64,000 nt of DNA, taken from Azolla caroliniana. Lineage: Eukaryota > Plantae > Polypodiophyta. Location of the stretch: positions 372,001 through 436,000 of the forward strand of contig JBHGNT010000011.1 of NCBI GenBank assembly GCA_043228905.1, given 5' to 3'. The position numbers and the translations under genes were made by a program. The notes beneath the pieces were generated by a model that was not told the origin of the DNA, made no database searches, and worked only from the letters and a program-made list of their open reading frames with translations. Position 1 is the stretch's first letter. Each line of letters begins with the position of its first letter. Positions 1 through 12,441 of this stretch are shown piece after piece.

Positions 1-948
1 CTCCGACTCAAGTACTCCCTTCGGTATTTCCGACCTGTCAATCGGTTCGTACAGGTCCCGAACAATCAGAAGATCCTCCATCTTGATCTTCCAGTCGGCG
101 TAATTCTGTGCATTCAGCACCATCATTCCCGGCTGCCCGCTGCCGCCGCCTTCCATTTTCTGCAGCAGTTCGCTCTGATACCAGTTTGTAGAATCCACTC
201 TTCGATTCACCTTCTTCTTCGCGGCCACAGCCGAGTAATCGCGATTCAATGCAGCAGAAAATAGGAAATACAGAGAGAGACACGATACACAGGGATTAAC
301 GTGGAAAACCCTAAATGGGAAAAAACCACGGGAGTCCTCAAACTCCAACTATCACTATGAACAGGAATGTACACTGGGGAAGCTACAAGGCAACGACCTT
401 GAGCTCACTGTCTTCGCCACAGGCGGCGGTAATACACAGAGGCAACGACCTCCTCGTCTCTCTCTCTCTCTCTCTCTCTCTCGGTTGCTCGCTTCACTCT
501 CTCTGTGTAAAAACAGAAAATTAAGCAACAACAACAAAACTGTTTGCCCTAAGTCATATTTATACCCATATGACTTTCGGGCTATTTACAAATATAGCCT
601 CGAGGGCCCTTGGCAAACATATTCACAAATATGTCCCCGCGTCCGGATCTCTCTCCGGGTACATGCGTCATCCGGCTCCGTAACCGGGGTCTTCAGCATC
701 CGGCTCCGTAGCCGGGTCTTCGTCATCCGGCTCCGAAGCCGGGGTCTTCATCATCCGGATCCGTATCCGGGTACTTCATCATCCGGATCCGTATCCGGGT
801 ACTCTTCATCCGGCTTCATACCGGGTATTCTTCATCATCCGGAGAGTGCGCTCACCGGACCTGTATCTTCATCCGGTTCCGTAACCGTAACCGGGCTTGC
901 CGTCATTCATCTCCGGACATCCCATCCGGAGGGACCGAAATCCCAACA
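1..948 (-). mobile_element. Ty1/Copia LTR retrotransposon, 5' end (5' LTR 187-948, tRNA-iMet PBS 172-183, gag start at 156 running off the window)
   Basis: GCTCTGATACCA (reverse complement of TGGTATCAGAGC) at 172-183. LTR is TG...CCCAACA. The minus strand from 156 reads MEGGGSGQPGMMVLNAQNYADWKIKMEDLLIVRDLYEPIDRSEIPKG, nearly identical to the gag start at 18853. Confidence 0.9.
668..900. repeat. ~27-28-bp tandem repeat (TCATCCGG(C/A)TCCGTA(A/T)CCGGG...) inside the Copia LTR
   Basis: About 7 degenerate copies visible directly. Confidence 0.8.
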
Positions 949-1788
949 AGGTTTTATTACGCGGCTAAGATATCTAGATGTATTCTTACCACATGCATTA
1001 AGGGTTGCCATTGGTCAACTTAGAATATCATCTCACCAACTTGAGATTGAGAATGGACGTACTAATGGAGTCCCTAGGGAGGAAAGGATATGTAGGTTAT
1101 GCCACATAGAGATAGAGGATGAGTACCATTTTACATGCAAATGTCCCACCCATGCCGAGATAAGGGCAAAATACCAAGACATACTTGGTTCCTCTCCCAC
1201 ACTCCCAAAACGATTAGATACACTAGATATAAAGAAATTAGGCAGATACATCCTAGAATTGAAACAACATAGAGAGAATAAGTTACAAAACGTTGATAAT
1301 AATGTTGCTAATGTTTACCAGCATGTAACAAATGAAGTTTTTCAGGAACAGGGGGAGACAATGAATGTTGACACACCTACACCACTCAGGCTTTTCCTTG
1401 ATGAAGCAGAAAATCAAAGAAGAATCAAACGCCCTTGGATGCCGGGTTTCAAAGCAACTCGATGAGATGTAGAAGCAATAAAGAAAATAAGGGAAGGTGA
1501 GCTACACCGCCTAGAAGTCATGGCTAAGGCACTCTATACACCGGGACCATGGGTCACACCCACACCAAAAACTTTTGACCTCCCACTTCTTTTTGAGAGA
1601 CTTGGGTGGAAATGAAATTAAGCTTAGTGCAATTAGGCTTAGTGCAAAGTTTTGTACACTACTAGAACTCTTTTAGCTTAAGCTATTTTCTTTTATTTTA
1701 GTTTTGATGATTGGATAAACACTCATTTTTGTTGTAAACCAACTATCTCATGGGCCAAATTTGGCCTTAGAAGACATTAATATATCTT

Positions 1789-1829
<41 letters not shown>
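949..1829 (+). mobile_element. 3' end of a non-LTR retrotransposon (RTEX/CR1-like ORF2 C-terminus with CCHC finger), interrupted upstream by the Copia
   Basis: LRISSHQLEIENGR...REERICRLCHIEIEDEYHFTCKCP motif. The frame continues past a TGA at 1463-1465 to ~1615, followed by an AT-rich UTR and a (CT)n tract at ~1786-1829. Confidence 0.7.
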
Positions 1830-1832
<3 letters not shown>

Positions 1833-2229
1833 CAACAACAACACTCACATTATTAACTCTCATTGCCCTATGTTAAGAATTAGTTAATTAATCAATGTTG
1901 CATTATTGGGGAGACCTGTGCGTACCCCACCTTTTCTCATAACTTTTTATATTCCAAGCGATAAGAACGAGTTCTCTAACTAATTGAATGGGCAAACGAC
2001 GGGGATTGAGTTGGGTTCCTAGACCGAAAGGATTCGAAGTTTGTACTAGCATTAGCAAGAAAGTATTTAAGATAGATTGATATGGAGAGAGGGAGATTTT
2101 TCTTCATTAATTAAGGGGAGTCATTGAAAGGACGGGTTCAGTATCACGATCAATTCCTTTCTCAAACCCAGCTACAGCTGCATGAGCCCTTCCCACGTGC
2201 CATAGGTGACCCACGAAGAAGAAGAATCC

Positions 2230-5200
2230 TAGAACGAAGGAGCTGGAAGCACGATCTAGGATAATATGGCTCAAAAACTCTTGGGCAAACGCATCGGTCG
2301 CAATCTACGCACGAATGGAATCAAGAAGCCTTGAATCTCCTGGTGTGTTGATAGTATGCGTTGCCATTAGTCGTAGATGATCAAGACCTAAGAGGATTTG
2401 CTTTTGTCTTTCGAATGTGGCCCCTCTTGGTTGAAGTTCCATATATGAATGTTGAGATAGAGAATCTGATTTTCCTTGTTGCATCCCAAGGCGATATAGA
2501 ATTACAAAATCAAAACGAGTTAAGAACTTCGCCCAATGAGCTGATCGATGATTCAAGACTCGAGAACTTTCGAAGTATGTTAGATTTTTGTGATCATTGT
2601 AGACAATAATCAGTTGAGAAAAAACCCTCCAAAAAATGACACCATTGTTGAAAAGAATCCACAATGGCAAGAAGCTCTTTGTCATGAATCTCATAGTTGA
2701 TTTTTGCGGCTTCAAATTTCCGTGAGTGGAAAGCCACAGGATGCAATTCGCCATCATCACTAATCTAGGATAGTACACTTTCGAGTGTGAAATCAGATGC
2801 ATCAGCTTCAAGTATAATGTGCCTCATTGGATCGACATGCATTAAAATTGGTGCAAATGTAAACGCTTGCTTTAAACCCTCAAATGCAGAGTTTGCATCT
2901 ATACTCCATACAAATGGTCGATGCTTGTGTGCTAGTTGAGTGAGGGGCAATACAATCTTCGAATAATCTTTGATGAACTTGCGATAAAAATTTATGAACC
3001 CCAAGAAACATTGTACATCTCGTACAAATGGTGGTGCTTGCAAATCCAAAATTGCTTGAACATTTGATGGATCCATAGAGATGCCATTTGAAGAGACTAT
3101 GTACCCCAAAAATTCCCCTGGACACTGGTCAAAACTACACTTCTCCAATTTTGCATAGAGACCATACTCTTGTAACCGTTGTAAAACTTGGCGAACATGT
3201 ATCTCATGCTCCTCTTGAGTTTCTGAGTAGATCAAGAATCATCCAAGTAAACTATGATGAAGATATTAGGGAAGCCTCGAAAAATGTCATTCACCATATG
3301 TTGGAAAACTATTGGTGCATTCGTGAGATCAAATGGCATCACTGTATACTCAAAATGACCATAGCGAGTGCGGAACGCAGTCTTCCATTCATCCCTAGGA
3401 CGAATTCGAATAAGGTTGTAGGTACCTCGAAGATCTAACTTCGTGAAATATTTTGCTTCACTGATGCATTCCAGAAGGATTGAGATCGATGGTGGAGCAT
3501 ATCGGTTTCTAATAGTCACTTTATTCAAGCCCCGATAATCCACAACCGTACGAAGCGTACCATCTTTCTTCTTAATGAAAAAGATGGGTGCACCAGCAGG
3601 AGATCTTGAATGTTGGATAAAACCATTTGCCAGGTTCTCATTGATATATTCTTGAAGAACCTCTAACTCCATGGGCGAAAGGTAATAAATTGGCCCCCAT
3701 AGAGGCTCTTTTCCTGGCTGCAAATCAATCGGGCAATCATATGGTCGATGCTCTGGTAGTCTATTAGCCTTCACCTTATCAAACACATCGGAGAATTCCA
3801 TGTACTTCTTTGGTAGTTGGACCCCAATTCTTGTGAGCTACATGAGGGATTTGCTAAAACCGCAAATGTCATCATGTCTTCCTTCCTTCCATCCTCTCAT
3901 AACTGATGTATAGAGATTATTGAAATCGTGTGGGGTCCGAGATCCTTAGTTGGATTTTCAAGAGACTTGGATTGTACCGTGACCTCTTCAATAGTTCATT
4001 TTCTCCAATCAATAGTTGGGTTATGTAACTCAAACCAAGGAAGACCAAGAACTAGAGAGTGCTTTGGACTACTATTGATATTGAATGAGATGACACTAGC
4101 CAAATTACTTAAGACTACACGAATTGGTTCGGTCTCTTCGATATATCTCCTGATGCTATAGGGCGACCATCGACGACTCCTACAGCTACTAGGTTTGGGA
4201 GATTATTCAAGATGATGTTTTGGGTCAATGCAAACTTGCAACCCATGAAACAAGAATTGGCTTTGGAATCTAGGAGGGCAGAGGCTAGGATTCGATGACC
4301 TGTAGATGTGCTAAGCTCGACTTGTGCAGAAAAAACTCTACTAACTTGATTTGATTAAATGGAACCACAACTAGGTACTGACTCTATATAACTAGGATGG
4401 TCCAACCAAATGGCTCCTATTTTGGTCGGACTTATTTGTTTAACACATCCTCTAATTGGCTCAAGACATCAAATCTATTCTCATGACATGCGCTATTAGG
4501 CTTAGTACTTAAGTTATTAGAAGTGATAGTAGAACTCTAGATAGGGTTGTCATGTGCACTTAGTAAACTTGACATCTGAGTTTATTTGGACAATTCATGA
4601 CTATATGTACTAGATGACCACAATAGAGGCATAAGTGATGCACCCAACGTTGTTGTTTCTCATCATCGGATAAGGGGCCTCGACGTTGTGTTGAGACTAT
4701 TTCCATCGAAGTGGGACATCCCTCGTAACAGATCTGGGAACTTGTGGCGGTGTTGTGACTATTGAAGCATACGTCTGTTCCGGTTGATGGCATAGCATTT
4801 GCTAACGTTCAGAACATCTCTCAAATAGGTGAGCTCAAATAATGGCTTCTGTAAGAGACTTCGGATCTTCGTGGAGAGTAAGAAGAAGATCTTTGACATT
4901 GTTACGCAAACCTTGACGGAATTGATCCATTAAGGCTGCCTCATCCCAAGGGATGTCACATGCCAAGAGACGAAAATCTGTTGCATAGGCTGAGGAGGGA
5001 TGATCTCCTTGTTAGAGTCTTCGAATCTTGTTTATTGTCGTCCTAGTGCTATCTGTGTCTCCAAAACTAGCCTGAAACTCCTTAAGAAATGCCTCGAAAT
5101 CCTCAAACAATGGTGATTTCTTCTTGAGAAGTGGTGCAAACCATGCTAACATTGTACTGCTCAGCAAGGTTCCTACTAATCCCACATGAATAGCATCAGT

Positions 5201-8200
5201 TGGGTATTGATTGAGATGTAACTGAATCACCAAATGGACTTGATTCAAGAAACCGTGGAACAGAGATTTGGTACCATCAAACTTGGCAGGGAGGCTAATC
5301 TTTGGTTCCCTTCGGGAGTTTTGAACCCCCGCCGCTTGTTCTCGTAACGTTGTCGTAGTCTAATTCGCACAGTACGTGAAAAATTGCATTTTTGGTCTCT
5401 CCGGATAGGACATGGAGTACCCGGTGAGAACCGGAAGAAGAGGACTTGGCAAGGAGGAACCGGTAAGGAGACCCTGTGAGAACCGGATGAAGCAGACCCG
5501 ACAAGAGCTGGATGAAGAAGGCCCGGTGAGAGTCTCTCACCGGATGAAGAGACATATTTGTAAATAGAAGAAAATATAAAAGATATATATTACATGCATA
5601 GGTGTTAAAAAATAAACATCCCACATAGAAAGGTAAGTTCACGTTAGGATAAACTTTAGTTAGAACAAAACGCATGATAAAAGAAAAAGCTACACATGCA
5701 CATCTAGCGTGCCTGAACACTATAGTCAAGAAAAACGCATGAGGTTAGAAAAAGCATGATCACTTTAGAAAAATGTAATAGGGGGGTGTGTGAAATATTT
5801 GGAAATTGGATATATTTCCTAAAACACCAAAATAAAATATAATCGTGGGATTCACGAAGGTTTCTATATCTCTTACTTCTAATCTATGATCAATTGTGAT
5901 TAGGATTCTAAATATTAATAAATCTAATAATCTATACTTGTGGGATTGTTAAGACTCCCTCATAACTATATAAGGATGGGGAGCACAATGTAATAGGGGG
6001 GGTGTGTGTAATATTTGGAAATTGGATATCTTTCCTAAAACACCAATTAATAAAATATAATTGTGGGATTCACGAAGGTTTCTATATCTCTTGCTTCCAA
6101 TCTATGATAAATTGTAATTAGGATTCTAAATATTAATAAATCTAATAATCTATACTTGTGGGATTCACAAGTTTCTTATATCTCTCTTTCAATCTAAATT
6201 CATATTCTTATCTAATACTGATTAATCAAATACAATACACTCGTGGGATTCACGAAGTTTCTATCTCTCTTTCTTACAATCTATTTAGATTCTTATTAGC
6301 CTTATAACTCTCCTCCTCCTAGTCCAAAACCCAAGAGATTCCCACCCGACTCACGCAAACGATCTGGCACCGAAAGGCACGACACAGGTGGTGAACCCAA
6401 CATGAAGATAGGTGGCAAGGAGATGGAGAATCAACAAGAGTCAATGAACATGATGATGATGATGATGATTGAGCGGATGCAACAAGAACAACACGTGATG
6501 TCGGAGATGAAGGCGGTTGTAGAGCGGCTTGTGCAACGAAATGGGGAATTCAATGGAAATGATGTGTCACGCTATCTATGTGACTATAAGGCGGAGAGGA
6601 TGCAATGTCGGATACCAGAAGGATTGCAAGTGATATCCTTCAGTGAGGTGACCTCGAACGAGTTGCAAGAGAGCATATACGAGACACGACAATAGAACAC
6701 AACATGGGTGTCCTTCGAGAAAGCACTATTGGAGAAGTATGACTATGAGAGATCAAGGGGACGAGATCGACGCGAGTTTGACCAGTGCGTTGCAAAGGAA
6801 CGATGACTTGAGAGTGGCGAACACCACTTCAAGAGTGGAAGAAGATTTCGGAATACAAGTGTTTGAAACATCGGATGAGAAAGGGGTAAGCATAATCAAT
6901 GCTTGCATGATCAAGGGAGATAAAGAGTGTGAGGCGGACTTGATTGAAGAAGTAGCCACGAAAGATGACATCGAATCGGAGGTGGCTATGGACGAATCAA
7001 TGGCGGATGACCATATCAAAACATTCTCACCACTGATTCGAGAAACTCTGGCAGTTGCGTTCGGAAGGCAACGTGAGACCGAAGAGACGGAAGGTAGCGG
7101 AGAGAAAACAAAGGTCGAAGCCGATAGATACGACAAAGAGATAGCCGAGAAGGTGGCTATGGGTGAAATGATGGAGGATGATAATACCGAGGATTCCTAC
7201 CCACTAATTCTAGAGACTTCGACGTTTGTGTCCGAGAACAAACATGAGACCGGAGAGACGAGAGATGGTGGCAAGGAAGGTAAAGTTGGAAGCCGGTTCG
7301 GATGGAAGATGATCCGTCCGAAATTCCGATCTAAACGAAAGCCGAACCAAGCGGAAGTGGATTCAAACAAAATCCGATTCTTCGAGTTCGACCCGGACGG
7401 AAATCATTCCAACCGAAAGCCGACTAAACGATATTGATCCAGAAAGAAGTGCCGAAGAAACCGGTCGAGGCCGATGAAAACAAGGAAAAGGAAACAAATC
7501 TGAACGGAAACCGATCGGTGGAAAACCGACCCGAAAGGGGGGCGAATCGGTAAAAACCGATCAACCGAGTCCGAATCGGAACGGATGCCGTTCCAACCGA
7601 AAGATAATCGGACGACACTGATTCGGAAAGAAGCTAATCCGCCTCAATAGGAGGTCCAAAATATCGAGGCCGACGATTACAACGAAGAGGCCAAGAAAAG
7701 ACACTACCACGGATGGCAAGGACCAAGTAGATCAAGCGGATTTGAAGGGTGTTACCAAGGATAAGATCTTGACAAAAGGGGGCTCTAACATGAATATTGT
7801 CAACTCTAACGCGAGATTATACGACAAAGGGGGACGAAGTGGGAAGCATGTCACCTGCACAAGAAGAACACAAGGAGCCATGACAACCGGTCATGGCAAT
7901 TCAAAGAATGAAAGAAGAATATGGTGGATCGGATGGCAACAATGGTTCGAGTGGAAAGAATGGATGTGCTCAAAATGGAGAGACAAATTCGACATAGCGA
8001 GAGAAACAGAGGGTACTACGAGTAAAGGAGAAATACGAGAGCCGGCAACCAGAAACCGGGCAGAGCCGGCAAGCAAAAACCAACGAGACCAGCGACGAAA
8101 CCAATCGGGCGGAGATCGGATGGAAGAGACTAACAATCACTGGCAACTTTGACACATACCGGAGGATGTGCAGGTTTGGAGGGGGCAAGTGTCGTAGTGT

Positions 8201-9844
8201 AATTCACACACTATGTGAAAAATTGCATTTTTGGTCTCTCCGGATAGGACATGGAGTACCCGGTGAGAACCGGAAGAAGAGGACCTGGCAAGGAGGAACC
8301 GGTAAGGAGGAACCAATAAGGAGGACCCGGTAAGGAGGACCCGGTAAGGAGACCCGGTGAGAACCGGATGAAGCAGACCTGGCAAGAGCCGGATGAAGAA
8401 GGCTCGGTGAGAGTCTCTCACCGGATGAAGAGACATATTTGTAAATAGAAGAAAATATAAAAATATATATATTACATGCATAGGACAAAATTCGAACCTT
8501 GCACCTCCATGTTAATAATATGAAGCCTTACCATTACACTAACATATTATTAGTGTTAAAAAATAGACCCACACAGAAAGGTAAGTTCATATTAGGATAA
8601 ACTTTAGCTAGAACAAAACCCACGAGAAAAGAAAAAGCTACACATGCACATCTAGCGTGCATGAACACTATAGTCGATAAAAATGCATGAGGTTAGAAAA
8701 AGCATGATCACTTTAGAAAAAGTATGTTAGAAAAGCATATAGTCTATTGTTAGAGAAAAAGCATGGATTGCTAAGACTCCCTTCCCTCATCACTATATAA
8801 GGATGGGGAGCACAATGTAATATGGGGGGTGTGTGAAATATTTGAAAATTGGATATATTTCCTAAAACACCAATTAATAAAATATAATCATGGGATTCAC
8901 GAAGGTTTCTATATCTCTTGCTTCCAATCTATGATAAATTGTAATTAGGATTCTAAATATTAATAAATCTAATAATCTATACTTGTGGGATTCACAAGTT
9001 GCTTATATCTCTCTTTCAATCTAAATTCATATTCTTATCTAATACTTATTAATCGAATACAATACACTCGTGGGATTCACGAGGTTTCTATCTCTCTTTC
9101 TTATAATCTATTTAGATTCTTATTAGCCTTATAACTCTCCTCCTCCTAGTCCAAAACCCTAGCGGTTCCCACCCGACTCACGCAAACGATCTGGCGCCGA
9201 AAGGCATGACAATGTCAATATAGTAGCCTCAAGTTGATGAACCCGTTGTGATAACTCCTCGTATTGATGAGCCTTCTCAGTACTCACTTGTTTTAGATCT
9301 CCAAGTAACCTTTGATTTTTTTACTCTAATGCCACAAACTTGTGAGTATGTCGAGCTCAAAAAGGACACGCATATAATCTTGCTTGCTAACAGATTCCAT
9401 AATTGAGGGTGAAAGAGAAAGAAGGAGAAAGAAGAAAACTTACTAGGGTTATTGGAAACAGAAAAATAAAATTCGGTTCAAACTGTCGTGATTCAAGAGT
9501 AGGAGATAGTGAGAGAGAGACAGACAGACAGAGAGAGGGAGTGAGATAAGACTTGAAATGGAAATGAGATTATATTATGAGGAAACTAGATTACAACGAG
9601 TAGGCTAAGGGCTAAAGACCGGTGTTGAACAAGTGAGTTGAAATGAATGTATAGACACTTATTTATAGATCCTTATGAAGTATTCTAGAATGTTCGAGAA
9701 TATTTAGATATTTATGATAAGAAATATAATCATGAAATATTAAAGGATGTTCTAGAATAATCTAGAATGTTCTAGAATATTATAAATATCTCATAATAAC
9801 TAGAATATATAATTTATAATCATACATCGTATATGTTATTACAA
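2230..9844 (-). mobile_element. Degenerate Tcn1/Tf1-sushi-like Ty3/gypsy element (gag-PR-RT-RH; integrase missing), split by the 5351-9211 insertion
   Basis: gag EPKISLPAKFDG...FLNQV, CLYCGHLVH knuckle, RT (LPEHRPYDCPIDL, DLRGTYNLIRI, YLDD) and RH (EADASDF, DHKNL), with many frameshifts and stops. Probable 5' LTR from 9484 (TGTCGTG) to ~9844. Both outer boundaries are approximate. Confidence 0.85.
5351..9211 (+). mobile_element. Non-autonomous gypsy-type LTR element with tRNA-Trp PBS (LTRs 5351-6384 and 8190-9211)
   Basis: Direct repeats TGTCGT...GACA, PBS TGGTGAACCCAACATGAA at 6389, purine tract GGAGGGGGCAAG at 8178-8189. Only a gag-like fragment (FNGNDVSRYL...TWVSFEKAL) plus low-complexity sequence. 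4-bp TSD ACGT/ATGT. Confidence 0.9.
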
Positions 9845-9894
9845 TGGTTAAGGGTTCAACGCATAGACCAAGAAGTCGTGGGTTTGATTCTTGA

Positions 9895-10172
9895 TAAGCC
9901 AAAATGTTGTCTTTATGACAGTGGAGGTGTCTAAACCAACTGTCATATATTGCAACAACCTGAGTACTATCCAATTAGCAAAAAACCCCATCTTCCATGC
10001 CTGGACAAAGCACATTGAAGTGCATTGTCATTTTGTTTGTGAGCAGGTCCTCTCTGGAGAAGTCGAACTGATGCCTGTTTCAATTGATAGGCAAATTGCC
10101 CATATCTTCACAAAGCCTCTAGGCCTTGACAAGTTCAGGAATTTTTCAAGTATGCTGGGCTTACAACACTTG
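9895..10172 (+). pseudogene. Copia RNase H C-terminal fragment
   Basis: IYCNNLSTIQLAKNPIFHAWTKHIEVHCHFV...IFTKPL motif. Confidence 0.8.
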
Positions 10173-11540
10173 AGGGGCAGGAGTGAAGGAGAAGAGAGAG
10201 GCGAAGTCCGAAAAGCCGATTCATTGAGGTAGTATTCATTCATCAATGCTCTTTCAAAAGTCGCCCATGTCTGATGTTCCCTTTTGTAGCTCCTAAATCC
10301 TTTGTTGTAGCCCAATCGTAGCGACTCGACTAAAGTTATTAATTTTGGCAACTTCGTCGACACCACTTTTAAGCATTTCTTCATTGTAAATTCTCAGAAA
10401 TCTTTTTAAATTTATACCTTCAAAGATTCCTACTCATGCACGAATATTGTCGATGGCTTTGTCGATGCTTGCCATCATCCCTTGCTCTCGCATCATTCGT
10501 TCCATCATCATACACATAAGCCTCATTTGCTCCTCGATTTTTCCTTGATGCCGCTTTCACGTGGGGTTCACCAAATGTGTTGGGGTAGTTGTGGTTCGTG
10601 TGGCGAAATCGTAAGGACTAAGTTAAAAAGGAGTTGGTGATATATTTTATAAGGCTTGTGTAACAATGTTAGAAAGATTAACGATAGGAAGAACAAGAGT
10701 TAGAAGTAATTGTGCAAGAGACAGATTAGCATAGATAAGAGACAAAGACTCTATATGACTTAAGAAGCAATAGTATATGATATTAACATGATTTATATTA
10801 AGAAGATAAGGTTTTTACCACAAAGGTTAAGGATATCAGGAATAAAAGTTGTAAGTAATGAACGAGAACAAGATGAGAAAGGATGACATATAGAGACAAT
10901 GTATGATTAAAGAGGTAAGAAAATATGATAAGAATATGTATTAAATTAAAAACTTAAGATTCTACCAGTTATACAATGCTTCATCGCAAGATGCAATCTT
11001 CCTTTGCCAAACTCTGGATTTGAACCCTTGACTTCAACTCCAAGACAAGAGCCGCTTCGCAAATGAGCTAACTTATCTGTTTAATTATATTATTCCCTAA
11101 ATTTTTCTTGATCCCCTACTTCGTTTCTCTACCTCCATGCATATGATGCATTGGAGGGTACAAGACATGCATGTGATGCATGATCTCCATTTGGTGTTCA
11201 TGCATTACATGTGATCCATAGTAGACATCTCGCTCATTTGACCTTTCATGTATGAAAATATATATGGCATTAGTATAACATGAAAATATGTTTTTAAAAA
11301 CAAATGACCTAGCTTAATAGTAGGTGTGTTGAATTTGGTATATGAGGTTGTGAGTTCAAGTCTCTGCAATGTTATTCAGTACAACATTTTTGTTTATTTA
11401 TCTATCCTTTAAAATGACCTTCAAAACAAATAACCTAACCTAGTGGTGTGTACTTCCTACTTCCTACTTGGTTTGTAAGGTTAAGGGTACATACAATATG
11501 TAACTTTAGTTTTATATCATGAAGCAAATCCTTCACGACA
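10173..11540 (-). mobile_element. Truncated tRNA-Trp-primed gypsy-type element (5' LTR ~10578-11540 plus gag fragment)
   Basis: Reverse-complement PBS TGGTGAACCCCACGTG at 10558-10573. LTR outer end reads TGTCGTGAAG on the minus strand, as at 50045. Gag fragment TWATFERALMNEY. Flanked by ACGT. Confidence 0.75.
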
Positions 11541-12441
11541 ACGTTTTTTCTATCTTCTTGTTGTTCTTTCCATCAAATCGGGTGAAGATTGTTACCAAGG
11601 AAGATTGAAAACTAGAGAGGTTGTTCTCACCTATACTTTGAGCATAGTAAAAGTTTAGTATCCAACGAGTCTCGTAATTTTTTCTTGAATTGGGTTTTTC
11701 ATGTAAAATCTGGTGTACACTATTTTTATTTTTTAGTTGTGTTTGTCAATTGCTATGTTGGCTGTCCAATCTAATTTCCTGGTTTCTAACATGAATGTTC
11801 ATTTTGGGCCCAAAGATAAACATAGTTTCTTTTTCCCATCAAGCCTAAATTTTAAATCCAATCCTTAATCTTTCATCCTTCATGTTAATTTCGGACACAG
11901 AAGATGCACTTACCCTAGAAGTTGGCACTGATCTATTGAGTTTACCGATCATGGCCATTTCAAGATTAATGGAGGTCGATGTGGTAGCATTACAGTTGAC
12001 ATTGTTACAAGTAGAATGTTCTCCACCATTACTGATAAACATTGGTGGCTTCCTTAGTCATGAGCCTACGCCAGGAATCCATGCTTATTATGAGTGAGAA
12101 TTAGAGGGAACTGACCAACAATACTCATTCTCATCACAATCAGACAACACATTGCAGAAGATGTCCTGATCTACTACCATTAAGCTTAAAGAGGAACAAC
12201 GATCTTCCAATGCATGAGTAGCTACCCTAGATCTTGAAGTAGGGATGCTTGTTGTCGTAATTCCCATATTTGTTGTATGATCTTCTGCATTCTGCATTTC
12301 AAGGAAAAGATGAAGGTCTTCAGCATCTCTTTCATGATGATGATGATGATGAGAATGCAAGGCGACAGTAAAATCATCGCAATGGTCTCTATAATTACCA
12401 ACACATCCCCAGCTTTTAGAAGAAATTGAAACAAAGGCTTG

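Noticed and set aside
668-900. CRISPR-like array
   Set aside because: Adjacent degenerate tandem units with no unique spacers, inside a eukaryotic LTR.
485-1465. 326-aa ORF as a real gene
   Set aside because: It is a chance read-through from the antisense Copia LTR repeats into the LINE frame at the insertion junction (948/949).
9470-9640. Tf1-style self-priming PBS for the Tcn1-like element
   Set aside because: No tRNA PBS is visible, but only ~6 nt of complementarity to the putative transcript start was found, too weak to claim.
8484-11365. Functional tRNA genes
   Set aside because: Only A/B-box-like motifs are present; no convincing acceptor or anticodon stems.
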